A DNA stretch of 64,000 nt from Desulfatiglandales bacterium (lineage in GTDB: Bacteria; Desulfobacterota; DSM-4660; Desulfatiglandales; HGW-15), in contig CAXXJJ010000004.1 in the NCBI GenBank assembly GCA_963667015.2, forward strand, positions 2,848,001 through 2,912,000. The letters run 5' to 3'. A program made the translations under genes and the position numbers. Position 1 is the first letter of the stretch. The number at the start of each line of letters is the position of its first letter. The notes under the pieces are model-generated. The model searched no databases, was not told where the DNA came from, and saw only the letters and a list, made by a program, of their open reading frames with translations. Positions 30,950 to 41,968 of the stretch are shown piece by piece.

Positions 30950-32307
30950 TAAAAATAGTCCAGCTTAACCGTAAGGAGTTTTTCCAGCTTGGGGATAACT
31001 TCTCTCAAGGCGAAAAAGATAAGCCTGTCTTTGCTATTTATCACTGTACTTCCGGTGGCTATTATTACTTCTTCCCCCCTAATGACAGCGCCTACAAGGG
31101 CGCCCTTGGGGAATTTTATCTTAGAGATAGGTTTGTCAACAATATCCGAGGTCTCCAGGGCCTCCACTTCAATAGCCTCGGCCTGCTCCCCTTTAAGGGG
31201 TGCAACCGATATGACCTTCCCCCTCCTGATATACTGGAGAATGGCCCTGACAGCCGACAGCCTGGGGCTAACAACAGTGTCTATACCGATTGCCGATACA
31301 AGAGGGATATAACTCAGTTTGCTGATTCGGGTTATGATCTTTTTAACACCCAGTTCCTTGGCCAGGAGAGACATAAGCACGTTATTTTCCTCATCACCGG
31401 TCAGGGCTACCATAAAGTCCATTCCGCCTATATTTTCCTCGAGCAGAAGGTCTTTGTCCGTCCCATCACCGTTGATTATAATTGCCTTTTCGAGTTTTTC
31501 TGCAAGGGCGGCGCATCGGAGGCTGTTCTTTTCTATTATTTTTGTATGGAGCTTTGTATCGTCCAGTGCCTCTCCCAGTACTGCCCCGGTCTCTCCACCT
31601 CCAACTATAATAACATTCCTGGCTGCCTTGTCATTGATTCCAAGAAAGCTGAAGACCCTGTTTATCTCATCCGACCTTATTACCATATAGATGAGGTCAC
31701 CTGACTGAATAGTATCGCTGCCATGGGGGATCATTACCTTCTCATCCCTTATTATGGCTCCAACAAGCAGGTTCCCGTTAAAATCACTGAATGTGCTTAA
31801 CTGCCGACCGGCCAGAGATGAGCCCTTTGTAATGGAAAATCCTATCAACTTGATCCTGCCTCCGACAAAATCAATAACGTCAGAAGCACCCGGCACCATC
31901 ATAAGGTTTCTAATGGTCTCAACCATGGCTGATTCGGGGTTGATTATCTGATCAACACCCAGAAGACTCTCACCGAAGAGTTCCTTTTCATCGAGATATT
32001 CCCTGTTCCTGACCCTTGCGACCTTCAATATATAACGGTTAAGGTTCCTGGCCAGGAGGCATGCAATCAGGTTTGCCTCATCACTGTCAGTGGCTGCAAC
32101 AAGCATATCTGCGCCAACTATACCTGCTGACTTGAGTGTTTCCGGGCTTGTGCCGGAACCGGTAACAGCCTGCACATCAAGATTATCTGTTATCCGTTTT
32201 ATCTGAAGAGGATCTTTATCTATTACAACAACATCCTGTCCCTCTTCGGACAGTTTCTGAGCACAATGAAATCCGACTTCACCAGCACCGACTATTATTA
32301 TCTTCAA
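30949..32307 (-). CDS. trkA: Trk NAD-binding subunit
   Basis: IIVGAGEVG and a second RCK domain; TTG start at 32307 after AGAGGA. Confidence 0.95.
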   Translation of the reverse strand: MKIIIVGAGEVGFHCAQKLSEEGQDVVVIDKDPLQIKRITDNLDVQAVTGSGTSPETLKSAGIVGADMLVAATDSDEANLIACLLARNLNRYILKVARVRNREYLDEKELFGESLLGVDQIINPESAMVETIRNLMMVPGASDVIDFVGGRIKLIGFSITKGSSLAGRQLSTFSDFNGNLLVGAIIRDEKVMIPHGSDTIQSGDLIYMVIRSDEINRVFSFLGINDKAARNVIIVGGGETGAVLGEALDDTKLHTKIIEKNSLRCAALAEKLEKAIIINGDGTDKDLLLEENIGGMDFMVALTGDEENNVLMSLLAKELGVKKIITRISKLSYIPLVSAIGIDTVVSPRLSAVRAILQYIRRGKVISVAPLKGEQAEAIEVEALETSDIVDKPISKIKFPKGALVGAVIRGEEVIIATGSTVINSKDRLIFFALREVIPKLEKLLTVKLDYF

Positions 32308-32528
32308 TGGGAAATCCTCTTTTGAGATTGATTGATTCAGCAATAGTTTTTAATTCAGGTTCATTGCTATGTCAATATCCTTGAAAGGAACATATATCAC
32401 AATTACCTCCGGACTTCAGAAGAATTTATATGGACAAGAATTTAACATGATGGTAATCTAATGGGTTTATAATGCAACATTATTCCTGAATAATATTAGA
32501 AAATTACGATTTTAGAAATACAGATAAA

Positions 32529-33071
32529 ATGAGTACGCCGAGAGAATCAGACAAGGTAAGATTATTTTCCAGCCTCTTTTCAACTGAAAAAGACCTGATA
32601 GACAGGGCTATTGAAGAATTGATTGAACTCTTCGGACCACCCGAGGTGATTACACCATGGCTGCTGTTCGAACGTACACGGTATTATGAAAAAGAAATGG
32701 GCTGGCCCCTGCACCGTCGATTTGTAACCTTCAGGGAATTAATACCGCCTGAAGAACTGGTGGATAAAAAACTGAGCACTAATATGATAGAGGCAAAGTA
32801 TTCCAGTGAAGGCAAACGCCGGATAAATATTGACCCGGGTTATATCTGCCTTGAGCGCCTTGTACTGGCAACAGGGAAGAATTACACTCACAGGATATAC
32901 CTTTCCCAAGGTATTTTTGCGGATCTGACCCTTGTATTTAACAAGGGAACTTTTAAACCTCTTGAATGGTCATATCCGGATTATTCCGATGCTGAATCAA
33001 TCGATTTTTTTAACACCGAACGGGAAAAATATAAAAATCAGTTAAGAACTGTAGAAGGAGAAATATATTGA
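32529..33071 (+). CDS. DUF4416 family protein
   Basis: TRYYEKEMG, RRINIDPGY, LATGKNYTHRIYL, YPDY. Confidence 0.85.
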   Translation: MSTPRESDKVRLFSSLFSTEKDLIDRAIEELIELFGPPEVITPWLLFERTRYYEKEMGWPLHRRFVTFRELIPPEELVDKKLSTNMIEAKYSSEGKRRINIDPGYICLERLVLATGKNYTHRIYLSQGIFADLTLVFNKGTFKPLEWSYPDYSDAESIDFFNTEREKYKNQLRTVEGEIY

Positions 33072-33943
33072 AAAGCATGACAGCTTACGGCCGCGGTGAA
33101 TACGAGATGGGCCAAAATACCCTGACCGCGGAAATAAAGACATTGAACAATCGATACAGGGATATCATACTGCGTCTGCCCTCGGCCCTGCAGGAATTTG
33201 AAGACCTGATAAGGTCTGAGATATCTGCACGAATAAAAAGGGGCAGGGTTGAGGTATCCATGCAGATAACCAGTAATGAGGATACGACATATAATCTTGA
33301 ACTTAACCGCCCCTTATTGAATGCCTACAAAAAGATATTCGATGAGATGAACAGCGAGTTTGGTACAGAAGAAAAGATCACGCCTGATTTTTTTCTTCAG
33401 CTCAGGGATGCCGTAGTATCTACGCCCCAGGAAATTGATCCGAAAGAATCAAGGGTTGCCATTGAAAAGCTTCTCGAACAGACCCTGGACTCTCTTGATG
33501 TAATGAGGATACAGGAGGGAAAGACCCTGGGAGCTGATCTGAGCAAAAGACTCGATCTCATAAAAAATTATTTTAAAATGATAGAAGAACGGTCTCCGCT
33601 GGTGGTTGCAGAATACAAAGAAAAATTAAAAAACAGGATTGATGCAATTTCCGAGGATCTGGAGGTTGATGAATCCCGGCTCGCCCAGGAAGTAGCCCTG
33701 TTCGCAGGAAGATGCGATATAACCGAAGAGATAGTCAGGGCAGGAAGTCATCTTGGCCAGTTTCACAACTACATGAAAATAGATGATTCTATTGGAAGGA
33801 GACTGGATTTTCTGGTCCAGGAATTAAACAGAGAAATTAACACTATAAGTTCCAAGGCATCTGACTCTTCCATATCAGCCAACGCTGTCGAGGTTAAGGC
33901 TGAGCTTGAAAAGATTAGAGAACAGATCCAGAACATTGAATAG
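33068..33943 (+). CDS. yicC: YicC/YloC family endoribonuclease
   Basis: SMTAYG, NNRY, DITEEIVR, GRRLDFLVQELNREINT, IREQIQNIE. Confidence 0.93.
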   Translation: MKSMTAYGRGEYEMGQNTLTAEIKTLNNRYRDIILRLPSALQEFEDLIRSEISARIKRGRVEVSMQITSNEDTTYNLELNRPLLNAYKKIFDEMNSEFGTEEKITPDFFLQLRDAVVSTPQEIDPKESRVAIEKLLEQTLDSLDVMRIQEGKTLGADLSKRLDLIKNYFKMIEERSPLVVAEYKEKLKNRIDAISEDLEVDESRLAQEVALFAGRCDITEEIVRAGSHLGQFHNYMKIDDSIGRRLDFLVQELNREINTISSKASDSSISANAVEVKAELEKIREQIQNIE

Positions 33944-33955
33944 GAGGATAGATCA

Positions 33956-34240
33956 ATGAGCCAGAAACTGGTCAATGTCGGATTTGGAAACTCCGTTGTT
34001 TCCAGAAGGGTTGTGGCTATTATTTCACCAAGTGCCGCACCCATAAAACGGTTAAGAGATGAGGCAAAGGAGGACAGACGTCTGATAGATGCCACCCAGG
34101 GAAGAAAAACCAGATCCGTGATAATTACCGACAGTAACCATGTTATACTGTCAGCTATCCAGTCAGAAACAATAGCCCAGAGATTCAGCCCTGATCTGGT
34201 CCTAAGCAAGGAAGAGCTGGAGCCTGAAGAGGAAGTATGA
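33956..34240 (+). CDS. DUF370 (RemA-like) protein
   Basis: VNVGFGN...[18 protein letters not shown]. Confidence 0.92.
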   Translation: MSQKLVNVGFGNSVVSRRVVAIISPSAAPIKRLRDEAKEDRRLIDATQGRKTRSVIITDSNHVILSAIQSETIAQRFSPDLVLSKEELEPEEEV

Positions 34241-34839
34241 AAGGCAGGATATTTGTCATATCCGGCCCATCCGGTGCCGGAAAATCAACACTGATTAAAG
34301 GTATAAGAGAAAGAGTGGATAATCTGGGTTACTCTATTTCCCATACTACCAGGGATCCGCGATCCGGGGAACAAAACGGGGTGGATTATTATTTTGTCGA
34401 CAAGCCTTCCTTTGAAGAAATGATTGAAAATGACGCATTTGTTGAATGGGCACAGGTATATGATTATTATTATGGAACATCCTATGGCACTCTGGAAGAA
34501 AATCTAAATGCCGGGCTGGATATAATACTGGACATTGATGTACAGGGTGCAAAAAACATCAAGGATAAAATAGATAACTGCATCCTTATTTTCATTCTTC
34601 CTCCTTCAAAAAAGATTCTTGAAGAGCGTTTACGGGCAAGGTCAACAGACAATGCCGATGCAATAGAAAAGAGAATTGGCCAGGCCACAAACGAACTCAC
34701 AAACTGCAAATGGTATGACTATCTAATTATCAATGATGACCTTGAAAAGGCAACAAGGGATCTTGAATCAATAATACTGGCAGACAGGTGTTCAAATAAA
34801 AGGATACTGCCTGAGGTCGAAATCAGGCTTGGTATTTAA
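34237..34839 (+). CDS. gmk: Guanylate kinase
   Basis: [29 protein letters not shown]. Confidence 0.96.
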   Translation: MKGRIFVISGPSGAGKSTLIKGIRERVDNLGYSISHTTRDPRSGEQNGVDYYFVDKPSFEEMIENDAFVEWAQVYDYYYGTSYGTLEENLNAGLDIILDIDVQGAKNIKDKIDNCILIFILPPSKKILEERLRARSTDNADAIEKRIGQATNELTNCKWYDYLIINDDLEKATRDLESIILADRCSNKRILPEVEIRLGI

Positions 34840-34863
34840 TCTGTTTTCGGTGAGAACCCCACC

Positions 34864-35622
34864 ATGGCAAAAAAAAATAAAATCCAGCTTATTCCCGGAA
34901 TCCATAGCGTAAAAGAGACTATCCTTAACAACAGGGGCAGCATATTTGAGATATGGACCTCCCGGGGTAAGGCATCCGCCAGGATCAGGGAAATTATAAG
35001 CCTCGCCCGGAAATATAATATACCGGTATTTGAAAAAGAAAACTCCATACTGGACAGTGTGCTTCCCGGAACAAATCATCAGGGGATAGCAGCGCTGATC
35101 GAAAGATTTGAATACACTGACATCAAAGATCTGATCAATTCCTCCTGTGACACAAAAGGGAGAACTGTTTTTATGGCCATTGATCATATCACAGATGAAG
35201 GCAATCTCGGCGCAATACTTAGGACTGCAGCCTTTTTTGGCGTCAATGGTATTATTTTGCCTAAAGATCGTTCGGCAAGGATATCGGAAGGTGTCATAAA
35301 AAGATCATCCGGAGGATATGCCCATGTCCCGGTTTCCCTTGTGGTCAATCTTGGCAGGGCAATTGACATGCTTAATGAAGCAGGGTTCTGGATTATAGGA
35401 ACATCCGGAACAGGAAGTGAGACCATCTATAACTTCGACTGGAGGGGAGATATCCTTCTTATCCTCGGCAATGAAGAAAAAGGGGTAAGTCCCTCAATAT
35501 TAAAGCGCTGTCATCAGGTATTAAATATCCCCTCAAGCGGGAATATCGAGGCATTAAATGTTTCAGTTTCAGCAGGTGTTATCCTGGCGGAGATAACAAG
35601 ACAACGAGTCTATACCGGATAA
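34864..35622 (+). CDS. rlmB: 23S rRNA Gm2251 methyltransferase (TrmH family)
   Basis: NHQGI, DEGNLGAILRTA, GNEEKG, ALNVSVSAG. Confidence 0.88.
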   Translation: MAKKNKIQLIPGIHSVKETILNNRGSIFEIWTSRGKASARIREIISLARKYNIPVFEKENSILDSVLPGTNHQGIAALIERFEYTDIKDLINSSCDTKGRTVFMAIDHITDEGNLGAILRTAAFFGVNGIILPKDRSARISEGVIKRSSGGYAHVPVSLVVNLGRAIDMLNEAGFWIIGTSGTGSETIYNFDWRGDILLILGNEEKGVSPSILKRCHQVLNIPSSGNIEALNVSVSAGVILAEITRQRVYTG

Positions 35623-35627
35623 AAGCT

Positions 35628-36086
35628 TTACTGGTTCCCGTTCAATTTGCTCTCCCAGTTAAATTCGGGTGTGGTAACAGAGTGCTCAAGACGCTGTATA
35701 CGCCGTTCGAGGTTGCTGTACCTGCGTTTGATGCGATCAGTGGCCATCTCCTTTGATCTCAGGTAGCTGTCATAAAACTCCTGCTCATCCGAATTTTCCA
35801 GAGGGACGACCGGTTTGGGCTTCAATATAAAGGCAGCAACAAAGTAAAGCACCCCGGTAGGCCAGAAGCCGGTAATAAAAAAGAGCACAATAGTAAAAAA
35901 ACGAATCCATAATACTGAAAGATCAAAATAATCGGCGATCCCGCGACAGACGCCAAGGATCATACCTTCTCTTGAACGGTATAATCCTCCATGGAGAATC
36001 CCCTCAAAACGATCCCTCGAGAAATGCTGTCTCATGAATCTTTTACCTCTTTCCTGATGATGCCTGTATCTGCCGTATCCTCTCAT
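35628..36086 (-). CDS. pspC: Phage shock protein C
   Basis: LYRSREGMILGVCRGIADYF...RIQRLEHSVT. Confidence 0.9.
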   Translation of the reverse strand: MRGYGRYRHHQERGKRFMRQHFSRDRFEGILHGGLYRSREGMILGVCRGIADYFDLSVLWIRFFTIVLFFITGFWPTGVLYFVAAFILKPKPVVPLENSDEQEFYDSYLRSKEMATDRIKRRYSNLERRIQRLEHSVTTPEFNWESKLNGNQ

Positions 36087-36091
36087 TTTCT

Positions 36092-36337
36092 CTATTCCTT
36101 TCTTGCTTTTTCTCTTTCAAGCAGAATTGTTTCCAGGGATTCAACCCGCTCTTCCATCCTTGCCAGCCCCTGATATATCTCCTGAATTATCCTGGCTTCA
36201 TCAGACTGATTTTTCTGTCCTTTTTGGGTAATACCGCCTTTTAGAATCTTTAATCCCATAAGAATCGTGCTTCCGATAATAGCCAGGGCAAGAACAATAC
36301 TGCCAAAAACAATCATTACAACAAAAGGACCTTCCAC
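36092..36337 (-). CDS. PspB-like small membrane protein
   Basis: TM + LARMEERVESLETIL; psp operon context. Confidence 0.75.
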   Translation of the reverse strand: MEGPFVVMIVFGSIVLALAIIGSTILMGLKILKGGITQKGQKNQSDEARIIQEIYQGLARMEERVESLETILLEREKARKE

Positions 36338-36379
36338 TTTTTTTGCCTTCCCTTCCGTTCGCTACTCTAATTAGCTCTA

Positions 36380-36613
36380 CTACAGATTTGAGAATTTTTT
36401 ATATCTTTCCTGCTCCAGGACAATTGTTTCAAGATTTGCGATCCTGTCTTCCAGTTTTTCAAGTCGCAGATCATAATCAATAAAGCTGTCATCCCTGGAG
36501 GTATCAGCCTTTGCCTTTATTCTCTCTCTCACGACCTTACTTGTGTGATCAATCAGTACGAGAATTATAACGAAACCGAAAATAACAACTAATATCAATG
36601 GGGCGGTGTACAC
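36380..36613 (-). CDS. Second PspB-like small membrane protein
   Basis: TM + LEDRIANLETIV. Confidence 0.7.
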   Translation of the reverse strand: MYTAPLILVVIFGFVIILVLIDHTSKVVRERIKAKADTSRDDSFIDYDLRLEKLEDRIANLETIVLEQERYKKFSNL

Positions 36614-36709
36614 AGTTAATTTCTCCCAGTTGGTTTTTATTAATAAGAAGATGACAGAAAACTATTTAATTTATATAGATTACATCAGATACAAAAAAAT
36701 ATCATCTTC

Positions 36710-37384
36710 TTATTCGTTGCCTTCCTTTGGTTTATCAGCATTCTTCAGGGCATTCAATTCCTTTTCTATCTCATCATCCATGCCAAGCTGCTCAAATTCA
36801 GCCTCAAGCGATCCGCTCTTTCCATAATTTACAAGATCGGCTTCAGCCTCCATGCGTTCAATCCTGTTTTCAAGATCATCAAAACGATAGATGGCGTCAC
36901 TGCTTTCTACGCGTCTGATATCCTCCTGAGCTTTTCTCTTCCTTGTTGCATGGATATGCCTCTGAACAAGCATCCTCTGTTTTTCTCTGGCCCCTGCAAG
37001 CTTATCCTCAAGCTGCCTGATATCATTCTGATATTCATCGATAAGGGCCTCATGCTCTTTCAGCTCAGCCTCCAGGTCTGCGACTCTTTCAGCAAATTTT
37101 CTCTTCTGAACAAGAGCTTCCCGGGCAAGGTCATCACGTCCCTTGCTTACTGCCAGGGGAGCCTTTTCTGCCCAGTATTCTACGCGCCCTTTAACCTCAT
37201 CTATATTTCTTTCCAGCTTTTTACTTCCGGCCATAACACCGGCGCATGACGCCTTCAGCTCTACCAGCGTGTCTTCCATTTCACGTATCATAAGCTTTAT
37301 CAGTTTTTCAGGATCTTCTGCCTTATCAAGCATGGCATTTATATTTGAGCTTACAATATCCCTGAATCTTGTAAAAATACCCAT
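36710..37384 (-). CDS. pspA: Phage shock protein A
   Basis: MGIFTRFRDIVSSNINAMLDKAEDPEK. Confidence 0.96.
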   Translation of the reverse strand: MGIFTRFRDIVSSNINAMLDKAEDPEKLIKLMIREMEDTLVELKASCAGVMAGSKKLERNIDEVKGRVEYWAEKAPLAVSKGRDDLAREALVQKRKFAERVADLEAELKEHEALIDEYQNDIRQLEDKLAGAREKQRMLVQRHIHATRKRKAQEDIRRVESSDAIYRFDDLENRIERMEAEADLVNYGKSGSLEAEFEQLGMDDEIEKELNALKNADKPKEGNE

Positions 37385-37422
37385 AGTAAATCCTCCTCGG
37401 TTTATTGTTTGCCCTTAATAAG

Positions 37423-37438
37423 AGCATGATTCATGCCA
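37423..37438 (-). promoter_or_regulatory. Sigma-54 (-24/-12) promoter of pspA
   Basis: TGGCATGAATCATGCT on minus strand, about 40 bp upstream of pspA, divergent from pspF. Confidence 0.85.
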
Positions 37439-37611
37439 AACCTTAAATATTCTAAATATTGTTGACATATCAATGAATTACACGCTTGACAGCAGATTTA
37501 ACCAGTGGTATTATCAGCCACCAATTCGCACCAAGAACCATTAATTAGCTGTTCGCGCCTACAGGCAGTTTTCCATTTTTTATAATATTTGACCGGAAGG
37601 ATCCCTTTAAT

Positions 37612-38652
37612 ATGGTACTCGCTAAACAGAGAATTGCTGAAAAAAACCCCCTCAAGACAAATGAAGCCCTGGGACAGTCTGAAAAATTCCTTGAATTTCA
37701 GGAACTGCTCGCCAGGGTAGCGCCAATAAACAGACCTGTCCTTCTGTTAGGCGAAAGAGGTACCGGAAAAGAACTTGCTGCTTCAAGACTGCATTATCTT
37801 TCTAAGAGATGGCAGGGCCCGTTTGTTGCCCTGAACTGTTCCGCCCTCAACCCGACCCTTATAGAATCTGAACTCTTCGGCTATGAGAAGGGAGCCTTTA
37901 CAGGAGCAAGTCAGAGAAGGTCAGGCAGATTTGAGGCAGCAGACGGTGGTACGCTCTTTCTTGATGAGATCGGAACCATACCCATGGAGGTACAGGAAAA
38001 GATATTAAGGGTAGTTGAATACGGAACATTTGAAAGGGTCGGGGACTCATCGGCAATAGAGGTTGATGTAAGGATAATAGCAGCTACAAACGCCGATCTT
38101 ATACACATGGTATCCAAGGGAAAATTTAAAAGAGATCTTCTGGACCGGCTGTCCTTTGAAGTGCTTTTTCTGCCGCCACTGAGGGAGAGAAAGGAGGATA
38201 TCATGCTTCTTGCCAACCACTTTGCCTCAAGAATGGCCTATGAACTTGAAAGGCATGACATACCCCGATTCAGTAACGAGGCTATGGATGCCCTTGAAAA
38301 CTATGACTGGCCCGGAAATGTAAGAGAGTTAAAAAACCTGGTAGAAAGGGCAGTGTACAGATCCGAATCAACCGAGATATCTAATTTCAACTTTGACCCC
38401 TTTTCATCACCCTATATACTTGAAAAAAATGATGCCAGGGAAGAGGTTGAAAAACATGTTAAAAAATCCTCTATTTTTGAAGGTCTCTCCGATAAAACCC
38501 TCCCTGAAGCAGTCAATGAGCTTCAGATTCGTCTGATAAACAGCGCCCTTAAATCAGCAAAACATAACCAGAAAATCGCGGCAAAAAAACTGGGCATAAC
38601 ATATCATCAGTTCAGAGGGCTTTACCGGAAACTTAATCAGGAAATTGAATAA
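37612..38652 (+). CDS. pspF: Phage shock operon sigma-54 activator
   Basis: [31 protein letters not shown]; no N-terminal sensor; divergent from pspA. Confidence 0.94.
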   Translation: MVLAKQRIAEKNPLKTNEALGQSEKFLEFQELLARVAPINRPVLLLGERGTGKELAASRLHYLSKRWQGPFVALNCSALNPTLIESELFGYEKGAFTGASQRRSGRFEAADGGTLFLDEIGTIPMEVQEKILRVVEYGTFERVGDSSAIEVDVRIIAATNADLIHMVSKGKFKRDLLDRLSFEVLFLPPLRERKEDIMLLANHFASRMAYELERHDIPRFSNEAMDALENYDWPGNVRELKNLVERAVYRSESTEISNFNFDPFSSPYILEKNDAREEVEKHVKKSSIFEGLSDKTLPEAVNELQIRLINSALKSAKHNQKIAAKKLGITYHQFRGLYRKLNQEIE

Positions 38653-38654
38653 TC

Positions 38655-39080
38655 TTAATACCTTCCTTGATTTGATGTATGGGCAGCTACCCAGACCCTT
38701 TCCTCTTTCCAGTATCCGGGCCTCTCCTCAATCTTGATCCATGCGCCGCCTATCCAGTCACCCCTTTTGTTATAATGGGCCGGATTCCACACGGTTTTAT
38801 AGACAGGAGGCACCCATTCATTCCTTACCTCCCAATGACCTTTGTAGTGTGGGCGGGGCCTTGGAGGGACACGAACCGCTGCCTCGCAATAGTCGGAGTC
38901 TCTATATGAATAATCTCTGCTGTTATTTAAAATAGCACTTCCAATTATTGCTGCGCCAAGACCAATGGCAACACCTTTCCAACGTTCATGATGCCTGCTG
39001 CCCGCAAAGGCGGAATTGACAGTAAATAACATGGTAATGGTGGTTATTATTACTATTAGAGAAAGCGATCTTTTTTTCAT
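38655..39080 (-). CDS. Secreted hypothetical protein with Trp-rich (YxWGxW-like) repeats
   Basis: Signal peptide ending AFA; GHWEV..WVPP..WNP..PGYW. Confidence 0.7.
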   Translation of the reverse strand: MKKRSLSLIVIITTITMLFTVNSAFAGSRHHERWKGVAIGLGAAIIGSAILNNSRDYSYRDSDYCEAAVRVPPRPRPHYKGHWEVRNEWVPPVYKTVWNPAHYNKRGDWIGGAWIKIEERPGYWKEERVWVAAHTSNQGRY

Positions 39081-39170
39081 TATTATTTCCTCCTGTAACG
39101 TTGCTGTTTGATTCAATAGACAACGCTTACAGGAAAAAACTCAGAAAGAAGTGAAAAAAGTAGAGAAAGA

Positions 39171-39650
39171 TTAAAATGAGGCAAGAATATGCAGAAAAAG
39201 CTTATCTCCTTTTTTTGCGGGAAGGGCAATAGTTGTATCCCCATTATTACGAAAATCAATATTGGTTTTAACCAGTTCCCTGTTTCCCTCTCTGCACTCA
39301 ATTTTAAGAGCGGCTTTACCGCCACTGACTCCATTTGAAGTAATAATTAATTCCCTTCCACCACGAATTTTAAAGGCGGTCTTTTCGCCATTTTTAAGGG
39401 AAATATTTTTCTGGTCCACGAGATCATAGGATGAATATACAAAAGCGGAATTCAGATCGGCAACCAGGTCTTTTATTTTCGGATCAATTGATTTTTTATC
39501 CTTTGATGCATAGATAACTTTTACAACAACCCTTACCTGCTGGTCGCAATTACCCTCTGCAGGATAAAACACTGCCAGAAGAGGTATGATTATAAAAAGA
39601 AAAAGATTCAAGCCTATTGCATATTTATACTTTTTTTTATCCATTTTCAC
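39171..39650 (-). CDS. Hypothetical exported protein in ECF sigma operon
   Basis: N-terminal hydrophobic segment; overlaps upstream anti-sigma gene. Confidence 0.65.
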   Translation of the reverse strand: MKMDKKKYKYAIGLNLFLFIIIPLLAVFYPAEGNCDQQVRVVVKVIYASKDKKSIDPKIKDLVADLNSAFVYSSYDLVDQKNISLKNGEKTAFKIRGGRELIITSNGVSGGKAALKIECREGNRELVKTNIDFRNNGDTTIALPAKKGDKLFLHILASF

Positions 39651-40113
39651 TAATCCATATAATCGGTTGATGTGTCTTGTCAGTTTGCATAATCACAACT
39701 GATTCGGAACTTGAAAGGGAGGTAATAATTGCCCCCGGTCCCTGCTCTGAATTTCCAGTATAGAAGTTTGTTATAAATATTGCAATAGCTGCAGTCATGA
39801 CTGCCGGTATAAGCATTCTCTTTGTAAAAACCTGATCAGCCAGCCTTAACCACCATGCTCTTTTTTTTCTTCTTATAGATTCAATAACTCGATTTTCAAT
39901 TTTTAGAGTATCATTTTCAGCGGCTTCATTGAAAGTAATTTTTAGACTATCAGTAAGATTGTTATATTCTGCCAGCGATTTCCTGCATTTTTTACAGGAA
40001 TCGATATGGACCTTAACATCTGAATATTCATCAGGATTAAGGTCCTTATCATAGTACCGGCTGATTAAATCAGTGCCGCATATCATTTCGCTGTTATTCT
40101 TCACTTTCAACAC
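39637..40113 (-). CDS. Zinc-finger (HxxxCxxC) anti-sigma factor
   Basis: HIDSCKKC plus one TM; start uncertain. Confidence 0.82.
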   Translation of the reverse strand: MLKVKNNSEMICGTDLISRYYDKDLNPDEYSDVKVHIDSCKKCRKSLAEYNNLTDSLKITFNEAAENDTLKIENRVIESIRRKKRAWWLRLADQVFTKRMLIPAVMTAAIAIFITNFYTGNSEQGPGAIITSLSSSESVVIMQTDKTHQPIIWISENG

Positions 40114-40687
40114 CCGTGAGATATTCTTTCAATTTTTCCCTTGCATAAAATATTCTGGAACTCACAGTCCCTTTATTTATTCCCAGGGCATCACCTATTT
40201 CCTCGTATGATAAACCCTCTACCTCCTTCAGCACAAGGACCGCCCTGGCTTTTTCAGGCAGTTTATCCAGTCCTTTTTTAAGAATCCCGGCAACCTGTTT
40301 GTTACTTAAAACACTGTCCGGCCCCGCTTCACCAGATTCAATGTCCAAACTGCTGCCGTCCTCCTGATCAAGGGACTGATGATGCCACTTGAAACGCCGT
40401 TTCCACTTTCTCACCCAGTTAAGACTTTCATTTATTGTAATACGCCTGAGCCAGGTGTAAAGAGACGATTCACCCTTGAATTTTTCTATCCCTATATATG
40501 CCTTGAGAAAAACATCCTGAATAATATCAGCGCTTTCCTCAACATCCAGGGTTATTCCGTAGGCAACGTTTCTTAATTTTGCCTGATATTTCTCAACAAG
40601 CTGTCTGTATGCCCGTTCATTTCCATTTTTAAGGTCAGTTACCAGCCTGCTGTCATCTATATCGGCATTATTTATATTATTAGACAC
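40094..40687 (-). CDS. ECF sigma-70 factor
   Basis: DIIQDVFLKAY, TWLRRITIN, GLSYEEI..GTVSSRIFYAR. Confidence 0.92.
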   Translation of the reverse strand: MSNNINNADIDDSRLVTDLKNGNERAYRQLVEKYQAKLRNVAYGITLDVEESADIIQDVFLKAYIGIEKFKGESSLYTWLRRITINESLNWVRKWKRRFKWHHQSLDQEDGSSLDIESGEAGPDSVLSNKQVAGILKKGLDKLPEKARAVLVLKEVEGLSYEEIGDALGINKGTVSSRIFYAREKLKEYLTGVESEE

Positions 40688-40718
40688 CGTTTATGGTAAA
40701 ATAATTCAATTTATTAGT

Positions 40719-41906
40719 TTATGTCCTGTAATCAGCGTTTATGGATACATATTCATGGGTAAGGTCACAGGTTGTAATCCATTCATCATACTCACCGATA
40801 TTCAATTCGACGGTAAGGGAAAATTCCGGATTTTTCATTTGCCCGGCTGCCTTTTTTTCATTTTCTACACCCAGACTCAATCCGCCTTCCACTATTTTCA
40901 CATCATCAATATAGATATCGATCTTGTCTTCAGCTATTTCAATCCCGGCCCTGCCGAGTGCACCCATTATCCTGCCCCAGTTGGGATCCTGGCCATAAAA
41001 TGCGGTCTTTACCAGGCTGGAGTTGGCAATAGTTCTTGCTGCAGCCTTTGCATCAGAAGAAGTCTCTGCCCCCCTGACAGCGATATGAACAACCTTGGTA
41101 GCACCTTCTCCGTCCCTGACTATCATTGTTGCAAGATCATACATTATCCCTGTGAGTCCTGCAAGGAACTCCATATATGCACTGTCATCAAGCTCATCAT
41201 TACCGGCCATTCCGTTGGCCATTATGAAAACTGTATCGTTTGTGCTGGTATCGCCATCTACTGTAATCCGGTTAAAGGAATCTTCCACTGCATGAGAGAG
41301 CGCCTTTTTAAGGAGCGCACTGCTGATATTTATATCAGTAAGAATAAAACAAAGCATGGTTGCCATGTTGGGCATTATCATGCCGGCGCCCTTTGCTATT
41401 CCGGTAATACTGTAACTCGTTCCATTCACCTTCCCGCTGAACGTGCGTATTTTCGGGAATGAATCGGTAGTCATAATCGCCCTGGCAGCACCTTCTATAC
41501 CATCAGGATTAAGATTTTTAACCAGTTCCGGGACTGCTTTTTCTATTTTGGTAATATCTATTTGTGCCCCTATGACCCCAGTTGAAGCAACAAGGACATT
41601 ATCAGGAGATATTTCAAGATTCTCCGAAACCATCCGGATGGTTTCCCTGGCGTTATTCAGCCCCTGCTCTCCCGTACAGGCATTTGCATTTCCCGCGTTT
41701 ACTATAATCGCCCGGGCCTTTCCACTCCTGATATTTTCCATGCTGACCAGGACAGGTGCAGCCTTTACCTTATTCGTGGTAAAAACAGCCGCTGAAACAG
41801 CATCCCTTTCAGAACAGATCAGCGCAATATCCGGTCTATTATTTTTTTTCAGGCCGCATGCACAGGATGCGGCTTTAAACCCGTTAATTGATATATCAGC
41901 TTCCAT
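40719..41906 (-). CDS. argJ: Ornithine acetyltransferase/N-acetylglutamate synthase
   Basis: NAGNANACTG, IMTTD, KGAGMIMPNMATML, DGDTSTND, DGEGATK. Confidence 0.96.
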   Translation of the reverse strand: MEADISINGFKAASCACGLKKNNRPDIALICSERDAVSAAVFTTNKVKAAPVLVSMENIRSGKARAIIVNAGNANACTGEQGLNNARETIRMVSENLEISPDNVLVASTGVIGAQIDITKIEKAVPELVKNLNPDGIEGAARAIMTTDSFPKIRTFSGKVNGTSYSITGIAKGAGMIMPNMATMLCFILTDINISSALLKKALSHAVEDSFNRITVDGDTSTNDTVFIMANGMAGNDELDDSAYMEFLAGLTGIMYDLATMIVRDGEGATKVVHIAVRGAETSSDAKAAARTIANSSLVKTAFYGQDPNWGRIMGALGRAGIEIAEDKIDIYIDDVKIVEGGLSLGVENEKKAAGQMKNPEFSLTVELNIGEYDEWITTCDLTHEYVSINADYRT

Positions 41907-41968
41907 TAAAAAGTAACCTTAATAATATTGCAAATTCTCAGTACAAACATGTACCCAGGGATTCAGTT